Source: Chloroflexota bacterium (GTDB taxonomy: Bacteria; Chloroflexota; Limnocylindria; QHBO01). From it: 64,000 bases of DNA. Both the position numbers and the translations under genes were made by a program. The stretch lies in NCBI GenBank assembly GCA_040905185.1, contig JBBDRZ010000007.1:408206-472205 (forward strand). Direction: 5' to 3'. Positions 40,381-48,836 of the stretch are shown in pieces; position 1 is the first letter of the stretch; every line of letters begins with the position of its first letter. Under the pieces are notes generated by a model. It saw only the letters and a program-made list of their open reading frames with translations, made no database searches and was not told where the DNA came from.

Positions 40381-40751
40381 TGGCCGTCGTCGATGCTTCT
40401 GTCGTCCTGGCGTGGCTTCAGGATGAGTCCGGAAGTGATGAGGCGGAGCCGCACCTGATGGAGGGGACCATCGGCGCCGCCAACTGGTCCGAGGTGCTTC
40501 AGAAGGCCCGACAGCATGGTGGACAGCCGGCGCTGGTCGCGCGCCTGCTGAGTTCCTTCGGCCTCCAGGTAGCCGACGTGACAGGCGCGGATGCGGAACG
40601 AGCGGCGGAGCTGTGGACTTCGGGGTCAGACCTCTCGCTGGCCGACCGGCTATGCCTCGCCCTTGGCCTGCGGCTCGGCGTTGCCGTCGTCAGCACCGAT
40701 TCGGCGTGGAAGTCCGTCCCTGATGGTCCTGCGGTGATCCTGATCCGGTAA
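40377..40751 (+). CDS. vapC: PIN-domain toxin VapC
   Basis: MAVVDASVVLAWLQDE..LSLADRLCLALGLRLGVAVVSTDSAW. Confidence 0.8.
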   Translation: MMAVVDASVVLAWLQDESGSDEAEPHLMEGTIGAANWSEVLQKARQHGGQPALVARLLSSFGLQVADVTGADAERAAELWTSGSDLSLADRLCLALGLRLGVAVVSTDSAWKSVPDGPAVILIR

Positions 40752-40782
40752 GAGCTCGAGCATGACCCAGCCGGACATGGGG

Positions 40783-40835
40783 AGGCCACGACTCCCGAGC
40801 CGGCGCGGTTGCCCGTTCCGGGGGAGTCGTGGCCT
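40783..40835. terminator. Hairpin between convergent genes (possible bidirectional terminator)
   Basis: aggccacgactccc (40783-40796) and gggagtcgtggcct (40822-40835) form a perfect 14-bp inverted repeat around a 25-nt loop. No U-tract follows. Confidence 0.4.
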
Positions 40836-40847
40836 ACAGGGGTAGGG

Positions 40848-41153
40848 TTACGCGAGGACAGGCGTTCCGTGCAGGAAGGCCAGGTCGCCGACGTAGCTGG
40901 TGATCAGCTGGACGCGGTCAGAGATGTTCTCCTTGACCCAGTTTGAAGACAGAGTCACAGACTTCTCAGCCTGCTCACGCGTCTCCCAAACGGTGACAGA
41001 AGCAACCTTGCGGCTGCCGATGTCGGCCACTCCGTACTCGATGAAGCCAGGCTCCTTCGAGAAGCGGGGGAGCATGCCGTCCTTGGTCAGGCCGGCAAGC
41101 TCCTGGAAGCTGCCCTTGGTGATGTCGTAGATGGCAAGTCGAATGTGCTTCAC
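40848..41153 (-). CDS. Small ABM/Dabb-like protein, paralogue A
   Basis: MKHIRLAIYDITKGSFQELAGLTKDGMLPRFSKEPGFIEYGVADIGSRKVASVTVWETREQAEKS... It is collinear with 41399-41707. Confidence 0.55.
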   Translation of the reverse strand: MKHIRLAIYDITKGSFQELAGLTKDGMLPRFSKEPGFIEYGVADIGSRKVASVTVWETREQAEKSVTLSSNWVKENISDRVQLITSYVGDLAFLHGTPVLA

Positions 41154-41398
41154 GATGTTCTCCTTGAGGGGATTCGGCTAAGTCGATACGAAGCGAAGTT
41201 CGCTCGTGACCGACTTCATTCGAAGGTCAGGAGATCAGACGGTTCGCAGCCTCGCAGCCGTTGATGGAGATCATAGCATAGATCCTTCGTGACAGTCTAG
41301 TTACAGACTTGAGACTAACTCTACGAGGGATGCGGAAAGGCCACCGCTTCCGATCCGGCGGAGCCTCGCCGGTGGGGCCGTGGCCCATGGGTTAACGG

Positions 41399-41707
41399 TT
41401 ACGCGTAGACAGGGCTGGCGGCCAGGAAGGCCATGTCACCCACGTACGTGGTCACCAGGCGAACCCGGTCAGTGACGTTGTCCTTGACCCAGCTTGAGGC
41501 CAGGTGGACCGACTTCTCCGCCTGCTCACGCGTCTCCCAGATCGTGATGGAGCAGAGCTTGCGGTTGCCGATATCGGCGACTCCGTACTCGACGAAGCCC
41601 GGCTCCTTCGAGAAGACCGGAAGCATGCTGCCCTTGGCCAAGTCGGCAAGCTCCTCGAAGTTGCCCTTGGTCAGGTCGTAGATCGCGAGTCGAATGTATC
41701 GCTGCAT
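41399..41707 (-). CDS. Small ABM/Dabb-like protein, paralogue B
   Basis: MQRYIRLAIYDLTKGNFEELADLAKGSMLPVFSKEPGFVEYGVADIGNRKLCSITIWETREQAEKS... Confidence 0.55.
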   Translation of the reverse strand: MQRYIRLAIYDLTKGNFEELADLAKGSMLPVFSKEPGFVEYGVADIGNRKLCSITIWETREQAEKSVHLASSWVKDNVTDRVRLVTTYVGDMAFLAASPVYA

Positions 41708-41775
41708 GTCGTTCTCCTTCTGCAGGTCGGGCTATTCTAACATCGTGATAGGCTAGCGTCGAGTTAGCGGCGAGC

Positions 41776-42219
41776 ATGTCAGAGGAGATACGAGTGCCAC
41801 GAGTTGAGTTTGAGGCGGAAACCGAGGAGGAGCTGGTGTCCCTGGTCTGGCGATGGGCGATGGGACCCAGGCGGGATCAGCTGCACAGCGGTGCGGCGGA
41901 GGCCGGCGACGAGACCGAGCTGCGTCGGAACCAGCTGGCAGTCGTGCTGCGCACCATCCACGGTGTGGACAGCCGTCGCCTGGTGCGCGAGGTCGCCGAG
42001 CTCTCCCTGGCCGACCAATCGCTCGTCCTGGACGAAGCGCTGAAGGAGCGGTACGGGAAGCAGACCGGGACCGCGTTCGCCGGGATCGTCGCCGGCCCGA
42101 ACAAGGTGATGCGCCGCGTCGCTCGGCGCGATCTGCTGGTCTGGGATGCCGCCTCGGGCGGCTATCGGATGCATCCGGCCGATGCCGAGATCGTGCTCGA
42201 GACCTGGTCCCAGGCGTAG
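41776..42219 (+). CDS. Hypothetical protein
   Basis: 147-aa ORF, no family recognised. The opposite-strand ORFs of equal length look like shadows. Confidence 0.4.
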   Translation: MSEEIRVPRVEFEAETEEELVSLVWRWAMGPRRDQLHSGAAEAGDETELRRNQLAVVLRTIHGVDSRRLVREVAELSLADQSLVLDEALKERYGKQTGTAFAGIVAGPNKVMRRVARRDLLVWDAASGGYRMHPADAEIVLETWSQA

Positions 42220-42233
42220 CACCGGTCGACGAA

Positions 42234-42662
42234 ATGGCGAACGCGGCTACCATCGGTGCTGCAATGACTCAGTCGATCCCCGAGGACCTCACCGACCTTC
42301 TGACCACGAACGTCCTGGGCCATGTATCCGCGATCCGGCGCGACGGCACGATTGCGCAGTACCTGATGTGGGTCGACTACGACGGGAAGCACGTCCTGAC
42401 CAGCTCCATGGTCGGCTCGCGCAAGGCCGCGAACTGGCGGCGCAATCCCCAGTTCAGCCTCTCGGTGGTGGACCGCGACGACGACTGGCGCTTCCTGATC
42501 ATTCGCGGCCGAGTAGTCGAAACCCGGCCCGACGAGGGGCTGGCATTCATCGACAAGATGTCCCTGCGCTACACGGGCCAGCCGTACCGATTCCGGGAAC
42601 GCCCCCGCGAGATCTTCGTGATCGAGCCGGACTACGTGCGCGCCTCCGGCGGCCGGGTTTAG
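42234..42662 (+). CDS. PPOX-class (pyridoxamine-5'-phosphate-oxidase-like, probably F420-dependent) protein
   Basis: LTTNVLGHVSAIRRDGTIAQYLMWVDYDGKHVLTSSMVGSRKAANWRRNPQFSLSVVD..FLIIRGRV. Confidence 0.75.
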   Translation: MANAATIGAAMTQSIPEDLTDLLTTNVLGHVSAIRRDGTIAQYLMWVDYDGKHVLTSSMVGSRKAANWRRNPQFSLSVVDRDDDWRFLIIRGRVVETRPDEGLAFIDKMSLRYTGQPYRFRERPREIFVIEPDYVRASGGRV

Positions 42663-42671
42663 CCCTCCCGG

Positions 42672-44681
42672 TCAGTCCTGCCAGTGAAGTGAGGCGACCT
42701 CGGCCGCATCCTTGATCCCTTTCAACGCCACGGACCGGGACTCAGAGACCGAAACGGAAATGGCGCCCGCCGCCTGAAGAGTCTGCCTCGTCACCAGGAT
42801 CTCGTCCCGGTCTGCGAGTGCCCCCACCCTGGCCGCCTCGTGGACGCCTTTGCCCCGGTAGTTCCCGCCGCTGTGGGTCGCCTCGGCCGTGTGCAGCCCG
42901 ATCCGCACCCACGGAGCGAACCCTGCCTTTCTGCGGTGCGCAGTCAGCGTCCGTTGGATGGCGACCGCGCTTTCAACCGCGCCTCGCGCCTCCCCGAACG
43001 CCACGAAGAACCCGTCGCCGGCGTGGCTGACCTCCTCCCCTCCGTGGCGGGCGAACAACGATCGGAGGGTCTTGTCGTGCCAACCGATGAGCTCCACCCA
43101 GGCCTGGTCACCGATGGCCTCGATCAGGTCGGTTGAGCTGACCATGTCGGTGAACATGAACGTCTTGACCTGGCGTACACCCGTCAAGGGCTTAGTGGCG
43201 GTGTAGCGCTCCAGCATCGCGTCGACCCGGTGAATGTCGGGGAGCGCCCCCAGCCGTTCGAAGGTCGATCGCGCTGCTTCCAGAACCTGAATGGATGCCG
43301 TCTCATCGCCAGCAGCCCGATACGCCTCGCCCATCCGCGCTCGGACCAGGGCCCCCTCGTACGGGGCCCCGACGGTCTGCCACAGCTGCCGACCGCGCTC
43401 GAGGCTCTCGATCGCGGCGGGCGCGTCTCCCTGCGCCAGCTGGACCGATCCGCGGGCGGTCGCGGCTGCGGCCCGGAGGGCTGTGGACCCGAAGTGGTCG
43501 GCGATTGCCTCGAGCTCAGCGGCAGCGGCAATGGCCGTTTCGTGGTCTCCAGTGGCCAATGCGATGTCCACCTGGGCCGGCAGCAGGTGCCCTCGCCCGA
43601 GCGGCTCCTTGGCGCTGTCGCCGCTGACGGCAAGGGGTGCGTCCGCTTCCGAGAGGGCGCGTTTGATCGAGCTTGCTGCCGCGGTTTGATCGCCCTGCGC
43701 CAGCCGCAGGAGGGCGAGGCCGGGCTGAGGATCCCGTCCGAATTCGAAGGCGCGCTGGAAGGCCTCCTCGGCAGCCGCGAAGTCGCCCATTCGGAGCCTG
43801 ACCTCCCCAACCTCGTAGTAGCCCCACCCCGCCGGGACGAGAAGACGGAATCGCTCCAGCTCGACACAGGCCTCGCGAGCCTCCCGTTCGGCCTCGGGCC
43901 AGGTCCCACGCAGGCGCATGATCTCGGCCCGATGGACGCGGCAAATGCCGGGATAGCCGGCGATTCGCTGGCTCCGCAACTGGCGATCGGCCTCTTCGGT
44001 CCATTCGACGGCGCGCTGCCAGTCGGCGAGGTCTCGACAGGCGTCGATCGTGCTGCAGTACACGTTGGCTGTTGCCCACGGATGGAGCTCCCCTCCCATG
44101 GCTGCGATGGTGGACTCGTCGATAAGAGCCATGCCGGCGGCGACGTCTCCCTGTTTCAGGAGCGCGCGGCCCTTGAGATTGAGGCCCAGCGCTTCCCCAT
44201 CCCGGCTGCCATACAGCCGGGCCAGCTCAATCGCCTCATCCGCGGCCCGCAGACCATCCTCGAGTTGGCCCGCCATGATCAAGCGAAACGCCTTGAGTCC
44301 CGCCTGGAAGCCGTGAACGGCCGATCGTGGTTCCTCCTCGAGGAGCCGCTCGGCCCGACTCATCCAGCCGCCGCCGACCGGCCCCGCGAGCCGCTGGAAG
44401 GCGGACTCCGCGAGCCTGAGGGCCATCCGCGCCGCTTCCAGCCGGTTACCCGCTTCCAGGTAGGCGGCGTAGGCGCGCTCGAATGCATCGTCGCGCTCGT
44501 CCAGGTGGCCCGACCACCACGCCGCTTCAGCCAGCAGTTCGAGGTCGCCAGGAGTGAGTGGCCCAACCTTTTCGGCTTCGTGAAACAGGTCACGCGCCTC
44601 GTCCCAGGCACGCCGGACCAGCGCACCCCTGGCCGTTTGCAGGGACGTCTCCGTCGCCTGGCCCATACCCGCTCCTGACAT
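42672..44681 (-). CDS. TPR-rich protein with a C-terminal class III adenylate/guanylate cyclase domain
   Basis: VKTFMFTDMVSSTDLIEAIGD..GGEEVSHAGDGFFVAFGEARGAV..VRIGLHTAEA..GKGVHEAARV. Confidence 0.85.
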   Translation of the reverse strand: MSGAGMGQATETSLQTARGALVRRAWDEARDLFHEAEKVGPLTPGDLELLAEAAWWSGHLDERDDAFERAYAAYLEAGNRLEAARMALRLAESAFQRLAGPVGGGWMSRAERLLEEEPRSAVHGFQAGLKAFRLIMAGQLEDGLRAADEAIELARLYGSRDGEALGLNLKGRALLKQGDVAAGMALIDESTIAAMGGELHPWATANVYCSTIDACRDLADWQRAVEWTEEADRQLRSQRIAGYPGICRVHRAEIMRLRGTWPEAEREAREACVELERFRLLVPAGWGYYEVGEVRLRMGDFAAAEEAFQRAFEFGRDPQPGLALLRLAQGDQTAAASSIKRALSEADAPLAVSGDSAKEPLGRGHLLPAQVDIALATGDHETAIAAAAELEAIADHFGSTALRAAAATARGSVQLAQGDAPAAIESLERGRQLWQTVGAPYEGALVRARMGEAYRAAGDETASIQVLEAARSTFERLGALPDIHRVDAMLERYTATKPLTGVRQVKTFMFTDMVSSTDLIEAIGDQAWVELIGWHDKTLRSLFARHGGEEVSHAGDGFFVAFGEARGAVESAVAIQRTLTAHRRKAGFAPWVRIGLHTAEATHSGGNYRGKGVHEAARVGALADRDEILVTRQTLQAAGAISVSVSESRSVALKGIKDAAEVASLHWQD

Positions 44682-44721
44682 CGCGGTGAACTCTAAGCCT
44701 AGATCGTTGATCTACCTAGGG

Positions 44722-45261
44722 TCACGGATCAGTCAGCTCGACGAGCCTGACGACGGTCCTCCAGTTGCGAAGCGTGCTTGTCGTTCCCAACTTCGAGTCA
44801 AAGTACGCGTTGGTGAGCCTGGACCGCGCCACACCGTGCGGGAGTCGCAGATAGATCTCGCGACCGTGGACCGCGAACTCGTCAGGTGGCGAGCGATTCG
44901 GGTCCAGCGTGGCAACTTTCGTGGGCCTTGGTTTGGCGGCCAGGAACGCGACATGCAGTATCCCGGTGTCGGACTCCTTGGGCAGGAACGGGTTGCCCTT
45001 CGCGGCAGCATGAAGTTCGGCTGCCGTCCGAGTGACGACGGGGACGCGGAGGTCGAATTGGTCCGAGATGGCCTTCTCGATAACGGCGGGAATCTGAAGG
45101 GCCCGGTTTGGGGTCGCTCGGAAGATGACGTTCCCACTCTGGACGTACGTCTGGACATCGGTGCAGCCCGCATCGGTAAAGAGCGCGCTGAGGCTCCTCA
45201 TCGGCAGGCGGTTCTTGCCTCCGACGTTGATCCCGCGCAGCAGCGCCACGTGGACGGTCAT
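44722..45261 (-). CDS. DUF1697 protein
   Basis: MTVHVALLRGINVGGKNRLPMRSLSALFTDAGCTDVQTYVQSGNVIF. Confidence 0.75.
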   Translation of the reverse strand: MTVHVALLRGINVGGKNRLPMRSLSALFTDAGCTDVQTYVQSGNVIFRATPNRALQIPAVIEKAISDQFDLRVPVVTRTAAELHAAAKGNPFLPKESDTGILHVAFLAAKPRPTKVATLDPNRSPPDEFAVHGREIYLRLPHGVARSRLTNAYFDSKLGTTSTLRNWRTVVRLVELTDP

Positions 45262-45267
45262 GGCGTC

Positions 45268-45633
45268 CTAGTCGCGGGGCCGGCAGGAGACCCACACCAC
45301 CTGGCGCCAGGTCGAGCCCCCGACGCTGACCTCGAGGGCCGCGAAGGTGATCGGCCCCACCTCGGTGTTCGATGGTGGCAGGCAGTCCGGCCGGCCCCCG
45401 AAATGCGAGGTCCCGGTCGCGTCCTCCCAGCGGATGTCGAGGGGGATACCGTAAGTCCACCCATCGGCCTCGATCCCGATCGTCTGATCGGTCGATGATG
45501 CCATCCCGGTGTGGAGGGACACGCCGGCGCGAGCGGAGCCGACGAGGAAGCCCGCTAGGAACAGGACGAGCCCAACGATCCCGACCAGGACCCACCGGTA
45601 GCGACGCGCGGAGCCGGCCAGCGGGGCAGACAC
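45268..45633 (-). CDS. Hypothetical single-pass membrane protein
   Basis: The GTG start sits 5 nt after the upstream stop. VSAPLAGSARRYRWVLVGIVGLVLFLAGFLVG (TM) is followed by a ~80-aa extracytoplasmic domain. Confidence 0.5.
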   Translation of the reverse strand: MSAPLAGSARRYRWVLVGIVGLVLFLAGFLVGSARAGVSLHTGMASSTDQTIGIEADGWTYGIPLDIRWEDATGTSHFGGRPDCLPPSNTEVGPITFAALEVSVGGSTWRQVVWVSCRPRD

Positions 45634-45638
45634 GGCCG

Positions 45639-45959
45639 TCAGTCGGCGGCGGCCAGTTCGCGCGAGAGATCCAACGCGATGGAGTGCGCCTCCGTGATCA
45701 GCTCGTGGAACCGATCGGTCACGGCCCGGCCCTGCTCCTCGGTCTCGGCGTTGCCGTTGAAGGGGTGGAAGACCAGGTCGTACAGGCTGCCCGCGGATCC
45801 GAAGGCAGCCAGGAAGTGGTCCAGCCCCCATCCGTCCCGGGCGCGGACCGCCCGGGCATCCGCCTCGATCCAGTCCGCCCAGTGCTCCTCGCCGTGATCG
45901 CGCAGGAGCACGACCACCTCGTCCATGAGGTTGGCGAGGTGATCGACGCTATGGGTCAC
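45639..45959 (-). CDS. Hypothetical protein
   Basis: 106-aa acidic ORF, no family recognised. It sits in an operon with 45268-45633. Confidence 0.5.
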   Translation of the reverse strand: MTHSVDHLANLMDEVVVLLRDHGEEHWADWIEADARAVRARDGWGLDHFLAAFGSAGSLYDLVFHPFNGNAETEEQGRAVTDRFHELITEAHSIALDLSRELAAAD

Positions 45960-46120
45960 AGGCTATCTTGCCCCGCTTGAGCGCACGGCTGATGCGCATT
46001 CTCGGCATAGGTACCTGGTCCGGCCGAATAGCGGCAAACCGTCGTCACCCCTGAAACCGAAACCGATGACCTAGGGCAGAAAGGTACGGGCCGCGTCAGG
46101 GTTGTGGCCGTCTGCTGGGC

Positions 46121-46131
46121 GCTGCTAGGTT
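46121..46131 (+). promoter_or_regulatory. Extended -10-like element GCTGCTAGGTT
   Basis: It has the same CGCTGCTAGG(C/T)T block as the repeat-family leaders, about 34 nt upstream of the TTG start at 46165. Confidence 0.35.
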
Positions 46132-46164
46132 GGGCCCCGATCCCACCGCGGAAAGGAGGCCCCC

Positions 46165-46386
46165 TTGTTTCATAGGCCGACGCGAGCCCTGCTCGCCCTC
46201 CTCCTGCCAGTGATCGTGATGATCGCCTTCTCCGCCAGCGCCCTGGCCGCCGGTCCCGGCGGGAAAGTGGACATCTGCCACTGGGCGAACCACAAGTACG
46301 TCGAGATCAACGTTTCCGAGAACGCCATGCCCGCGCACCTGCGCCACGGCGACGTTCTCGCCGACGAGTACGGGGACTGCCCGTAG
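46165..46386 (+). CDS. Small secreted two-Cys protein
   Basis: TTG start with GGAAAGGAGG upstream. The signal peptide is ALLALLLPVIVMIAFSASALA. The mature ~45 aa read GPGGKVDICHWANHKYVEINVSENAMPAHLRHGDVLADEYGDCP. Confidence 0.6.
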   Translation: MFHRPTRALLALLLPVIVMIAFSASALAAGPGGKVDICHWANHKYVEINVSENAMPAHLRHGDVLADEYGDCP

Positions 46387-46467
46387 TCCAGCCCGCGGGC
46401 TGATCGACTGACCAACTCCACCCAGTGGCGCCCTCCCGGGCGCCACTGCCGTCTCAAGCCCCGGGGG

Positions 46468-47625
46468 GTGCTTCTGACCGTGCCCGTCAACACACCCGTG
46501 ACCGGTCCAACCGTTTCCATCGTCATGCCCTGCCTCAACGAGGAGGAGACGGTGGGCGTGTGCGTCACCAAGGCGCGCGGATGGCTGTCCGCGTCCGGAG
46601 TCCTGGGCGAGGTGATCGTGGTGGACAACGGATCCACTGACCGATCCATCGAGGTGGCCGCCCGCGCCGGTGCACGCGTCGTGGAGGAGTCGGTGCCCGG
46701 CTACGGACAGGCGTACCAGCGCGGCTTCGCCGAGGCGCGCGGGGAGTACATCGTGATGGGCGACTCCGACGACACGTATGACTTCAGCAACCTGACGCCC
46801 ATGCTGGAACCGCTGAACCATGGCTCCGACCTGGTCCTCGGGAATCGGTTCACGGGTGGGATCCAGGACGGGGCGATGCCCTGGGCGCATCGGTACATCG
46901 GCAGCCCGATCATCAACTCCCTCATCCGGCTGTTCATCGGCGCCGACATCGGGGACAGCCAGAGCGGATTTCGCGCATTCAAGGGCAACCTCGCCGAGCG
47001 CCTCCGCCTCCGATCGGGAGGGATGGAGTTCGCCTCCGAGATGATCGTGCGGGCCGCTCGGGCCGGGCTCAAGATCACCGAGGTCCCGGCTTCGTACGGC
47101 ACCCGACGCGGCGAGAGCAAGCTGAGCACGGTCCGGGATGGCTGGCGTCATCTCCGATTCCTGCTCCTGGCAGCGCCCGACTTCCTGTTCATCCTGCCCG
47201 GCCTGACGCTGGCCGTCCTCGGGGTGGCGACGTTCGTCGTCTCGTTTGCCGCACCGGTCGGAGTCGAGATCGGCTCGCTGACGTGGCAGCCGGTATTCGC
47301 GGCCACCATCTTCCTGGCCATCGGCGCCAACACGCTGCTGCTGGGCACGATCGCGAAGCTGCACGGCTGCGCGATGGGCCTGCTCCACGAGGACCGCTGG
47401 GTCAGGCTCTATCGGCGCCTGTTCCGGCTCGAGGGCGTGCTCGCCCTCGCGGTCCTGATGCTCCTGGTGGGCGCCGCCCTGGATGCGGGGCTCTTCTGGG
47501 TCTGGGCTTCGGGGATGCACCACCCGCTCGGGCTCCAGCTCGCGTCGCTGGCCCAGACGCTGCTAATCGTCGGCGCCGAGCTGGGCATGGCCGCGTTCCT
47601 GGTCGTGACGATCGACCCGCCGTGA
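46468..47625 (+). CDS. Family 2 glycosyltransferase with C-terminal TM helices
   Basis: VSIVMPCLNEEETV, VVDNGSTDRS, VMGDSDDTYD, and four C-terminal TM segments. Confidence 0.85.
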   Translation: MLLTVPVNTPVTGPTVSIVMPCLNEEETVGVCVTKARGWLSASGVLGEVIVVDNGSTDRSIEVAARAGARVVEESVPGYGQAYQRGFAEARGEYIVMGDSDDTYDFSNLTPMLEPLNHGSDLVLGNRFTGGIQDGAMPWAHRYIGSPIINSLIRLFIGADIGDSQSGFRAFKGNLAERLRLRSGGMEFASEMIVRAARAGLKITEVPASYGTRRGESKLSTVRDGWRHLRFLLLAAPDFLFILPGLTLAVLGVATFVVSFAAPVGVEIGSLTWQPVFAATIFLAIGANTLLLGTIAKLHGCAMGLLHEDRWVRLYRRLFRLEGVLALAVLMLLVGAALDAGLFWVWASGMHHPLGLQLASLAQTLLIVGAELGMAAFLVVTIDPP

Positions 47626-48836
47626 GCGACCGATATCGGCGGCGGCTGCGGATCGCCTACGTCTACGACGCGCTGTACCCGTGCCTGATGGGGGGCGCCG
47701 AGCGGCGTTTTCTCGAGCTCGCTCAGCGGCTCAGCGACCGGCACGAGGTGCACTACATCACCTGGAAGTTCTGGGAAGGCCCATCGGATACGACCCAGGA
47801 TGGGATCGCCCTGCATGGTGTGGGCGCGCCCCAACGCATGTACGGCGCCGATGGCAAACGGACCGTGCACGAGGCGGTCAGCTTCGCCGCTCGCCTCATG
47901 CCTGCCGTTCGGGGTGGTCGCTACGACGTCATCGATTGCGCCGCCACGCCGTACGTGCCGCTGTACGCCTGCTCGCTCGCGACGCGCTTCACAAAGACGC
48001 GGGTCGTGGCGACGTGGCACGAATTCTGGGGCGACCATTGGGAGGAGTACCTGGGCCATCGAGGGAAGGTGGCACGAGTTGCCCGATGGACCGAGTCCGG
48101 GGCCGTGCGGCTCGGTGACCGGCAGGTCGCCGTGTCTCCGTTCACCGCCGACCGGCTGGCCGACGCCGGGCTGCCAGAGGATCGGATCCGGGTGGTGGGC
48201 AATGGACTGCCCCTGGAGGCGTTCGCCACCGCGCGGAGCTCCGGGGTCACCTCCGATATCGTCTTCGTGGGTCGGCTGATCGAGGACAAGCGGGTCGATC
48301 TCCTGATCGACGCCGTGGACCGGTTGCGGGCCGAGTTCCCCACCCTGCGCTGCCTCGTGATCGGGGACGGCCCCGAGCGCCGGCAGCTGGAAGCCCAGGT
48401 CGCGGAGCTCGGTCTGGGACAGCAGGTCTGGTTCCTGGGGCATGTCAGCGAAGCCGAGAAGCTCTCCCTGCTCAAGGCTTCTCAGATATTGGTCTTGCCA
48501 TCGGTGCGCGAGGGCTTCGGCATCGCGGCCGTCGAGGGGCAGGCGGCCGGCCTGGTGCCGATCGTCATCCGCAGCCCGTTCAGCGCGGCCCCGGGCCTGA
48601 TTCGCGACGGGGTGGATGGCCTGGTGTGCGATCCGAGCGCCGACGCGCTGGCCGGCGCGCTGCGCTCGCTCCTGGGCGATCAGTTCCGGATGGACCTCAT
48701 GCGCGCGGCCGCGACCCAGTCCGCGCAGCGCTGGGACTGGGATCGGGTCACCCTCGAGATGGAACAGGTCTACCTCGAGGTGGCACGACCCGAGGAGTCG
48801 GCCGAGGCTCGACTGCGGAGGCTGTCATGGCGTTGA
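47622..48836 (+). CDS. Family 4 (GT-B) glycosyltransferase
   Basis: The GTG start overlaps the upstream stop (GTGA). LRIAYVYDALYPCLMGGAERRFLELA..VFVGRLIEDKRVDLL..PSVREGFGIAAVEGQAAG. Confidence 0.85.
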   Translation: MSDRYRRRLRIAYVYDALYPCLMGGAERRFLELAQRLSDRHEVHYITWKFWEGPSDTTQDGIALHGVGAPQRMYGADGKRTVHEAVSFAARLMPAVRGGRYDVIDCAATPYVPLYACSLATRFTKTRVVATWHEFWGDHWEEYLGHRGKVARVARWTESGAVRLGDRQVAVSPFTADRLADAGLPEDRIRVVGNGLPLEAFATARSSGVTSDIVFVGRLIEDKRVDLLIDAVDRLRAEFPTLRCLVIGDGPERRQLEAQVAELGLGQQVWFLGHVSEAEKLSLLKASQILVLPSVREGFGIAAVEGQAAGLVPIVIRSPFSAAPGLIRDGVDGLVCDPSADALAGALRSLLGDQFRMDLMRAAATQSAQRWDWDRVTLEMEQVYLEVARPEESAEARLRRLSWR

